From Octopus bimaculoides (Eukaryota): DNA of 46,540 nt. Below, in pieces: positions 37,201-46,540 of the stretch; within the stretch, counting starts at the first letter, position 1; every line of letters begins with the position of its first letter. Made by a program: the position numbers and the translations under genes. The stretch covers positions 125,232,667 through 125,279,206 of the forward strand of contig NC_068981.1 of the NCBI RefSeq assembly GCF_001194135.2. Reading direction: 5' to 3'. Below the pieces are notes generated by a model, which searched no databases, had not been told where the DNA came from, and saw nothing but the letters and a program-made list of their open reading frames with translations.

Positions 37201-38229
37201 TTAATCTTTTCAGATTACTACAAAGCTCTCTCTCCTCTTCATTCTTCTTCTTCTTTGTCATCATCTTCTTCATAGTTTGCTGTCTACATACCCTATCCGC
37301 CCAGGTTCAACCAACCCATCTGTCTCTCCTACTGTCATCATCTTTTACTGTGTCACATCTTCCTTGATTGCATATGAAAACATTCTTCTTAATCCTTCTT
37401 CTCTAGAATGTTTTACCAGCTAACATTAACTTGCAGATATGCATCAACCTCACCAGTACAATAGGGCTAGCAAAGAGCATGGACATTTCTGCTTTAAAAA
37501 ATATAAAGATTTGTACTCAGACTATAAAGAATTCAATCCAGTACTCAAGTAATTCTCCTAATGCAATTGATTTTGGTAGAATGAATAACAGATTATAAAA
37601 GTATATTCATTCTTTACATATTGTAATACATTGGCATATTACCTCATACATCTTACATTTTATTCTACCGAAGTGTGACAAAGCTGTCATATTTTTAAAA
37701 ATATATACAATAAAATGTGACACACAAAAGCATTAGAAATATATAACATACACAACAAAACTGGCAGTTATTTGCTTTTCTTTTTTGTTTTGGTGCAGTG
37801 TATGCTAGATGAAGAAAGACAGTTATGAATGGCATGATACTGTGAACTTAAAAAGCTGCTGCTGCAACTAATGAAGATAATGATATAATTAGATGTACAA
37901 ACTATATTTTACAAGAGTTCAGTTTGCTCTCAGGATTAATTTTGAAGACACTTGTAAAACAGTTAACATTATAAACACTAGACAATAGAACATTAATCAT
38001 TGCTTTCTTTTAGTAAAAGTTACAGAATTCCAACTAATTAATAAGCAGTTTTCTCCATTATAGTATAGATGTAATCCTTGCAGCTCTAGAAGTTTATGAA
38101 ACTAAAAAGTTCAAGTAATCTATCCATGATTATGAAACAAACTAAACAAATTTTTTTTTCCTTAAATACTTTTCTTTATTCCTTTGATATAAATATTTTC
38201 TTAAATACTTTCCTTTATTTCTTATATAT

Positions 38230-38660
38230 AAAGGCGCAGGTATGGCTATGTGGTAAGAAGCTTGCTTCACAACCATATGGTTCTGGGTACAGTACCACTA
38301 TATGGCACCTTGAGCAAGTGTCTTCTATTGCCTGAGGCCTACCAAAGACTTGTGAGTGGATTTGGTAAAGAGAAACTGAAATAAGTCCATTGTGTGTGCG
38401 TGTGTGTGTGTGTGTGCGTGCGTGCGTGCGCATGTCTCTCTCTCTCTCTTTGTGTCTGTGTTTGTTTCCCCACCACCACCGCTTGACAACCAGTGTGTCT
38501 ATGTCCCTGTAACTTAGCAGTTCTTCAAATGAGACCAATGGAATAAGTACCAGCCAAAAAAACAAAATTCCTTGGGTCAATTTGTTTGACTAGAACCTTT
38601 CAAGATGGTGCCCCAGCATGGCCACAGTCTAATGACTGAAATAAATAAAAGATAAAAGAG
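38230..38660 (+). mobile_element. SINE family A, full-length copy
   Basis: AGGCGCAGGTATGGCTATGTGGTAAGAAGCTTGC head through ATGACTGAAATAAATAAAAG tail. Confidence 0.92.
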
Positions 38661-38869
38661 TTATTTTAAGAGAAAGTTGCATGGATATTATGCCAGCAGC
38701 CCAGCTCTACTGAATATGTCATATGCTGGATCAGTTGCAGGTTATGTGACATTGGATATATCACCATCATCTTTTGTGTCAGAAGTTTACTGCCATGCAA
38801 ACAAAGAAAGAAAATGGAGAAATTCTTTGTTGTCAACAGTTCTCAATTCTTACCAAACTTTTACTATAA

Positions 38870-39297
38870 CTAGTCATTAGTGTGGTTGTGTGGGTGAGAA
38901 GCTTACTTCCCAGCTATAAGGTTTTGGGTTCAGTTCCACTGTGCAGCACTTTGGGCAAGTGTCTTCTACTATAGCCCTGGGCTAACCCTAAAGCCTTGTG
39001 AGTTGATGTGATAGACAGAAACTGAAAGAAGCCCAACATGTATATATATGTGTATGTGTGTGCATCTGTGTATTCATAATGTGTTTGTCCACTACCATCA
39101 CTCGACAACCGGTTTGTATATTGGTTTGTATATCCCTATAACTTAGTAGTTTGGCAAAAGAGACTAATGGAGTAAGCACTAGTTAAAAAAAAAAAGAAAA
39201 CAAGTACTAAGATCAATATGTTCAGCTAAACTTGTCAAGACAATATCCCAACATGGCTGCAGTCCAATGACTGAAAAAAGTAAACTGATAAAAGATT
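38870..39297 (+). mobile_element. SINE family A, full-length copy
   Basis: GTGGTTGTGTGGGTGAGAAGCTTAC...GGGTTCAGTTCCACTG head through CCAATGACTGAAAAAAGTAAA tail. Confidence 0.9.
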
Positions 39298-40965
39298 AAG
39301 ATGACTATGTTCAGAAATTATTATATTTTTAGGCAATATTGTTTATTACTAATTGTTATACTAACTCTAGTGAAGTGTGTAAATCATGGCATATTTTTCA
39401 TGGTTATTTTACCTATTAAACATACCTGTGTTTGTGGCATAGATAAATGACTGGTTGCTATTAATCTGCCAGACAAATGACTGAATATTTTTATGTGTGT
39501 CACCTATGAGTTTATAGCATTAAGTTTCTAGCAACTTCCTCCTCAATAGCACTAGGTTTTTGTGCTGTCTGTAACTTAGTCACAATTATGCTAACCATTG
39601 TTAGCCTTTAAAGTTGATAGCAATCTTCAACAGTTAATATTTTAGGTTTTATACCTGCACTTTAAACAAGATTATACTGGTATATAAGACATGAAAATAT
39701 TAAGCAGTTCAAAAATCATATATATATATGAAATGTAAAAATCAAGTAAAAGTTGTTGTTTTATAGGTAAAAAAAATTAATCAAATGTTTCTGAAATGGA
39801 AACTGAACTGAAATAGTTTTGACAGTAAGTAAATATAATGATACAGAATGTAAAGGAATTAAAAATTCATTTTTTTAAAACCAATTTCAGAAATTGAACT
39901 GTGGTCATGTTGAGGTTCTTTAGTTCAATCATATTGTATTGATCCCAGTTCTTATTAGTTCTTTCAGTCTAATACTTATGTTATTAAACTCTATATATTG
40001 AATGGTTAAGTTACCTTTTGATGAAAAGGAGGTTAATAGATAAAACTATATCAATAGAAAAATAATTAGATATTTTTCAAACTTTACTTTTTAAATATAA
40101 GACATACAAGAAGTTCTTTAATAGACTTTGTCAGTAAATCTACTGAAAAAAAAAAGTATTCTATATACAGAAGCAGCTATTATAAGATTAATTTTCTATT
40201 GAAGGATCAGAAGAAAACAAGATTTTATAAAAATTTCTCACAAATAAGCATGAAGTGTCAGCAAAAAAACCATTCTATCTATACTGAGTATGTGAACTTT
40301 ATGTGCAAATATGTGGAAATTAAATCCATACACTCATCTAAAACTGGAAAGGTTACACAATTTCAGTATACAAAGATTTTCTGGCATGAATTCACACAAA
40401 GACGTTTACAGACTTATCCCTGCCAAATAGTTTCTTTTCTCCCCACCTTCACCCTCTCTCTCTTTTTTGCTTCCTCAAGTAGCAAGCAGAATAATCTTTG
40501 TATTTTATTGATAGATAAATGTCACAATCCACAAATAGAATCCAAGTTAGACAGTAGAAATAACTGAAATTAATAAATGAAAAATGCCAAATTTTGGGGA
40601 TATTTTAATAGCATAGTCAGATGAGGAATAGTAGTACTAATGATCCTTTTCAAGAACTCTGAACCTTGTGAAAGGAAGTCATTCTGAGGTCAGAGAATGG
40701 AGTCCGTTGAAGGCACTCAAGGGCCAGGTAATGATACTACACCAGGTAACAACATATATAGTTAAAACGCAAGAACAGTCCTTCCAACAGGCTTCTACTC
40801 ACCAAACCTTCATCAACCCAAAGTTATGGCCAAAGATCCTTTCCTATGGTGCTACATAATGGAGTCACATTCAAAACTATGTAGCCATGTAGCTCAAAGC
40901 TAACTTATCAACCACTCATACCAACATAAATCTATAGGATATCACTTATAAAGTGTTTCCAATAA

Positions 40966-41968
40966 CACTGGGCAACAAAAAAAATTTTTGTCATGCTATT
41001 AAAACTTTTTCAGCTGATTTAGGGTAATTTTTAGAGTGCCGAATCCGAATCTGACATCGGTTTTCAGACAGCATGTGTAGTTTTTTAGTTATTCACAGCA
41101 TCAGATTTTCCAATCAATTGATAGTATTGATAAAGTGGTAGGCTATTTGCTTTCGATTTTCATTCATATACTCATCACTGAAACAAAAATAAGTGCTGAT
41201 AGAGGGAAATGTAGGCTACCTGTTAAATTGCCACACAAGATGAGAATTTATTTTACTTTGTTATCGCTGTTATTATAGTAAAGTTCTCCTCACAGTAGGC
41301 TATTGATATTAGGTTATAGTAAGACTCCCAGACTCCCTTTTCTTGATAACTGCTAGTGCTGTTACAACAAAGTACATCAAATAAGAGAGTCAGGTTATAT
41401 GAAAAGTAGTTTAGTAGTAAGTTTAGTTATTTATTAAAGTGATCAATGTTTGAAATTTAGAGATGGAAAAAGTTGTTTCGTGATAGCCATAGCTTCAGTA
41501 CATTCTTTGATAATTTCAATGATTTCTTTTGAGAAATATATTTTGATGTTTTACAGTTGATTAATTTTGTATTTTAGTTTGCTGATAGACATCATTGAGT
41601 GTTAGTTTAGGTTATTACTGTATGTATTTATGATGAGCAGAAAAGTTTTTTGTTAAATCACCCAGACAGCTTTTGTTACGTGTGTGGAAAATTTACACCA
41701 AAAGATCAGAGAAATAAGCTTACAAAGAAATTTTTAAATGCTTACAAGCTTTACTTTGGGTGAAAAGTTGGGTACCAAGATAAACTGTGGGCACTTCATA
41801 TTTGTCATGAATTTTCACATTATTGTAATTTTGATAGTAATATAATAATGATAACACAAAAAACATGACATACTAGAGTAAAAATGATTGCAGATTCAGA
41901 ATTAGTGCTCCCAAATTACCTATGAGCACCATTTCATCTAATAGTTGCAAAAATTTTGTTGTCTAGTG
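40966..41968 (+). mobile_element. Chapaev3-like (CMC) non-autonomous DNA transposon
   Basis: CAC...GTG termini, TIRs CACTGGGCAACAAAA and TTTTGTTGTCTAGTG, and a 3-bp TSD TAA at 40963-40965 and 41969-41971. A coding remnant at 41630-41815 reads NHPDSFCYVCGKFT...YKLYFG*KVGYQDKLWALHIC. Confidence 0.75.
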
Positions 41969-42760
41969 TAATTAAATGTATCTGAAACACAATCTTTGAA
42001 TGTATGATAATTTCAAGCAAAATAAAAAGAGCCATCTTTTCATCTTTAGCATTATCACTTAAACATTACATCATTAGAAATTTCAATGAATAAATTTCTC
42101 ACTAGAAGTATAACAGATATTCAAAATGAATTAGGTCATGTTCTGTAGAGTGCTTTATCTCATTCATAACTTCTAAATTACATATAGATTTCTCCAGAAT
42201 GTATCAGTCAAATCGTCCGAACGATGATGATGATGATGATGTATTACAATTAAGATGTCAAAGTATCATCAATTATTACTTCCAAAAATCAAAGCAATCA
42301 ACATCCACAGATTTAAGATTTGAAGACTAGAAATTTAACTGAGAAATCAAACAGGCTGAGCCTTCATTTAAATTTCCATAAACATTAAGAATACAACACA
42401 GGGTTATTCCATTTCATATAAATTTAATACCCATTGATATTCTTTTGATAACATCTAGCTTCTGATACTTTCCCTACTTCTCTTCCTCAACTCTAATACT
42501 TTTTCCAACTAATTTTTACTCTTTTCTATATTTAAATTCCATCCCCACCATTTTTACTTATCTCATATTCTATACTAGTCATGGATAACAGTTTTTTTTT
42601 AGAAACAGGCTCTATGAGAAATGGCTAATCATTAGGAAGGTCATAGTCTGCCCATGACTAACTACTTGGCTATGTATGTATGTATGTATGTATGTATGTA
42701 TGTATGTATGTATGTATGTATGTATGTATGCAAGCATGTATGTATGTATGCATGCATGCA

Positions 42761-43880
42761 TTGGGTCATCCTATAAATAATGCGATTTTTTAAAATACTT
42801 ATTTTATTTTTCAAAATTAAGATAAACAAAGTTCTTTTTAAATCCAAAATATACCCTCCTTCATTTTTCACAATGCTTTTCCATCTATCTAGTAGACTTG
42901 CAAAGCCCTCTTCCAAAATTCACTTGTCTGTGATGAAAAATACTCCTCCAGTACTATTCTGACCTCTTCTACAGAACTCCTATCTTTTCCGTCCAAATGA
43001 TTTTGTAGACTAGAATAAATGACAATCAGATGGGCAATGTCTGGCGAATACAGTGGGTGGGGCATCATTTCCCATTCAAACTACTCCAGCCTTTCAAATG
43101 TCATCCTTCCTGTATGTGGCCAAGCATTATCCTGATGGAAGAACACCTTTCATCTTGAAACCAAAGATGAACCTTTTTCTTTTAGCACTGACTTAAGCTG
43201 CTCAAAGTAGATCTCCTTTGTTATCATTTGGTTTGGGTTTAAAGGTTCAAAGTGGACTAAACCTTTCATATCTCACCAAACAGATAACAACACCGTATGT
43301 GGGTGAAGACCTTCTTCAGACTGGGGTGCTGGTGTTTCTCCTTTCCCTACCCACTGTCTTCAGCACTTGACATTTTTATAGAGAACCCATTTCTTGTCAC
43401 CAGTTACTATTCTATCTAAAAAAAGGTCCATTCATGAGATGTGACAGCAAAGAAGAGCACACATTCACTCTCCAGGCATGATTAGACTCAGAAAGTTTGT
43501 GAGGAACCCATTGACCTAATTTGCTGACTTTTCCAATGGCATGCAAGTGTCAATGAATGGTTGAATAACCAAATCCAAGCTTCTCTTCTTGTCCCTCAAC
43601 AGTTATGATGGGAATTTGTTCCACCAGGGTTTGTAGGACATCCTCATTGAGCTCTACAGATCTTCCAGTATGAGGTTTGTTTACTAGGCTGTAGTTTCCA
43701 GTTCAGAATTTCAGGAACTACCACTGAGTCTGGCTTACACTTATTGTATGGTACCCATATGCTGCATTAATATTTCTCAAACTTTCCATAGCATTGTTGT
43801 CTTTATTGAACTCAGAAAGCAAAATATGCTGAATATGCACCTTAGTCACTTCCATAATAGCTTTGAAAAAATAACTGTTA
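42761..43880 (-). mobile_element. DD34D mariner element, degraded, one TIR visible
   Basis: TIR-like TTGGGTCATCCTATAAATAATGCG at 42761. Minus frames contain WVPY, FEWEMMPHPLYSPDIA and LLDRWKSIVKNEGGYILD, matching the mariner WVPHEL and YSPDL hallmarks. Confidence 0.82.
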
Positions 43881-44070
43881 AAATCAAGCTGCACGCATAC
43901 ACAGAAATATGTTATTAAGACGACTTATCTGTTGCAGATGTTTTTTTTTCACTTCAAGTAAATTCCCAGGTAAACGTTTCTAATAGAATGGTAGAAGACA
44001 CCAGAAGCAAAAATAAGGAATATACATGCACAATTAAATATAGAAGTGTAAAGTATAATTTGTTACATAA

Positions 44071-44127
44071 TCTCTATAATAAACATGATATTGAATGGAA
44101 TAAGTCCCTGTTTGAACTTTTTTAATT

Positions 44128-44166
<39 letters not shown>

Positions 44167-46190
44167 GTAGAAATTTACAGGTGCACAAATGCACAAAACA
44201 GAAAATGAAAAAAATATGGATGACTTGTTCCAAATCACCCCTGAATGGGGAACAGTTCTCAAAAATAACTCCCAATTGTTTTCCCCCAAATTACTATGTC
44301 CTCGGATTCTACATAGTTCGAGGTATATTTGTACAGAATTTCATTACAAAATATCCATTTTCTTGAAAGTTAAGATGAATTGAAGTGGACCCTGGTGAAT
44401 TTTACGAAATTCCCCACCCAACCCCCTCCTAAAACACTTTCCCAAATAATTTTTGTATATTCACAATCTACATGATTCATAGAAACTTTCATTAAAAAAT
44501 ATCCATTTTTCTGAAAGTTATGATCATCCAAATTTGGGGGTGGGGAGAAGAAATCTGTAGTTATGCCAAAATGTCTACAATATCAAGGTCAGCCAAAAGA
44601 ATGTCTCTGTCCAGGGAAAGAGAGATAGCTGCAGAAAGGAAGCATGCCAAGAAAGGAACAGACTGTGCACTACGAAAGTCAGAGTATCTCAAAGTGATGA
44701 ACAGAAATATGCATGACTGAGAAGGAATAGGATCTCCACTGCAGAACGAAGAGCAGTTGCAACAACTCAGAGAAGTAACTTCTATGAAGCAGCTTTCAAT
44801 TATAATCCAACAGACCATTATGCAAATGACACTAGAGTTTCCATTGGTGCAATAACAACTGAGTGCATACATTGTAAAGCAAAGAAGTAGTCTGAAGAGA
44901 CACCTGCACTGTGCTGCAGTGGTGGAAAGGTTAAACTCTCTTATCCCCCAACCTCCAGAGCCATTGAAGAAACTTTTGTCATCAACTAACCGAGATGCCA
45001 AGCACTTCCAAATCAAAATTAGACCGTACAATGCTGCACTACAGATGACATCATTTGGAGCCACAAGAGATATAACTGAGCCAGGATTAATGCAAACTTT
45101 CAAGGTTCAAGGTCAGATTTATCATCGGATTGGTTCTCTACTACCTCTGTCAAATGAATCACCAAAATTCCTTCAAATATATTTTATGGGTGATTCTCAA
45201 CAAGAAGGGCAAGAGAGGAGCAAGATCATTTCCGGCATCAAGATGAACATTGGAGTGTCTCTGCAAAAGATGCTGCATAACAACAACAACCTGATCAGAA
45301 GCTTCAAGACTGCACTTGAAACAATTCCACCTGACTCCATGGATTACAAGGTAGTTATCAGATCAGACAAGAAACCATCTGGTCAACACGGAGGGAGGTT
45401 TAATGTGCTAACAGCAAGTGAAATAGCTGTGCTTCTGGTTGGGCAAGAACATGACAAGTGTGAGATTGGCCTTCATCTCAGAGCCAGCACACTGACAGAC
45501 ACAGTCCAACTACAAATGGAAGCTCCCAAAAATACCACACTCACAGCATTCTTCAAGCTCTGTCAAGATGATGAATTTGCTACAAGACAGCTATACAATG
45601 AAGTTCCACAATTCTATACCTGGTACCAAAACAAATGGAAAAGACTTGCATTTGCAGCACCCATCATCCAGGAATCAAGAAATCAGACACACTTGGCAGA
45701 GTCTATGCTGTCCATCCCAACTACTCACAGTGCTACTATCTCAGGCTTCTATTACACCATGTCAAGGGACCCACATCATTTACAGCTTTATGTATAGTTG
45801 ATAACACAGTATGTCAAACATATCACCAGACTTGCTATCTCAGAGGTCTTCTGGAAGATGATAACGTGACATATTTGCTGTGTGTGTATGTGTGTGTGTG
45901 CGCGCGCATGCACATGCTCTATGCATGGCCTTTCATTGTTTATAATCTGTACCTGTTTTTTGGTTATGAAATAAGTTAAACAAACATGTATTTACTTTAT
46001 ATACATGTATGAGTTGAATACTTTCTTTTCACATTTCACTTAACATCTATGTTCCATGTTAGCATGGGTTGCAGAGTTATGTAGAAAGTTGGTATCTCAG
46101 TTACTAGCAGTTGAGACCTATGTAATCTATATGGCAATTTTAAATTTCATTATTTTCTTTAACCCAGGCAACGCCAGGTATTTCCGCTAG
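44071..46190 (+). mobile_element. Internally deleted Helitron
   Basis: A|TCTCTATAAT 5' end. The 3' end has a hairpin (ACCCAGGCAACGCCAGGT) followed by CTAG|T. Inserted between A and T with no TSD, and contains Rep-helicase coding remnants. Confidence 0.88.
44563..45867 (+). pseudogene. Helitron RepHel remnant: N-terminal zinc finger region fused to the Rep-helicase linker; HUH/Y2 and helicase absent
   Basis: CIHCKAKK*SEETPALCCSGGKVKL, YNAALQMTSFG, FKVQGQIYHRIGSLLP, PKFLQIYF, HGGRFN and EIAVLLVG, then directly TTLTAFFKLC...LYNEVPQFYTW, LGRVYAVHP...YYLRLLLHHVKGPTSF and RGLLEDD. Confidence 0.9.
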
Positions 46191-46213
46191 TATAAATATA
46201 AATATATGTGTAC

Positions 46214-46290
<77 letters not shown>

Positions 46291-46310
46291 AATAATTACA
46301 AATAATTACA

Positions 46311-46540
46311 AATAATTACAGAGGCATCAAGCTGTTAGATCAGGTTATGAAAGTTACAGAGAGGGTCATAGCCCAACTAATTAGGGAGCGAATCAATTTA
46401 GATGAGATGCAGTTTGGGTTCGTGCCAGGTAAAAGCACTACTGATGCCTTATTTCTAGTGAGACAGTTGCAGGAGAAATACCTAGCTAAGGATAAACCTC
46501 TGTACCTGGCTTTCATTGACATGGAGAAAGCCTTTGACAG
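46311..46540 (+). mobile_element. RTE-clade LINE reverse transcriptase, 5'-truncated, continuing past the window end
   Basis: Open frame NNYRGIKLLDQVMKVTERVIAQLIRERINLDEMQFGFVPGKSTTDALFLVRQLQEKYLAKDKPLYLAFIDMEKAFD. Confidence 0.95.

Noticed and set aside
44561-45103. 180-aa minus-strand ORF
   Set aside because: It is the antisense shadow of the Helitron coding remnant.
1-46540. CRISPR arrays, operons or prokaryotic defence systems
   Set aside because: The DNA is eukaryotic, with no regularly spaced repeat-spacer array and no intact long ORFs.

Overview
This is AT-rich, microsatellite-dense animal genomic DNA. It is most likely an octopod cephalopod, inferred from the SINE families and the RTE 3' tails I recognise. 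There are two assembly gaps. I found no supportable host exon, so the window reads as a large intron or intergenic region built from layered transposon relics. DNA transposons include a DD36E (Incomer-like) Tc1 element nested with a Tigger/pogo fragment, a ZMYM1/PRKRIR-type hAT transposase, a full-length DD37D (maT) element, DD41D-like and DD34D mariner fragments, and a Chapaev3-like element. Also present are a Charlie-type hAT MITE, two long foldback elements, two Helitrons sharing a 3' hairpin-CTAG end, RTE LINE pieces, a possible CRE-like remnant and many tRNA-derived SINEs. The most interesting signal is a type I hammerhead ribozyme at about 3328-3409 in a Penelope-like LTR, with an unusually long stem II and catalytic-core changes explained by CpG decay. 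Most short ORFs in the supplied track are microsatellite or SINE noise. All calls are by eye; no database search was run.
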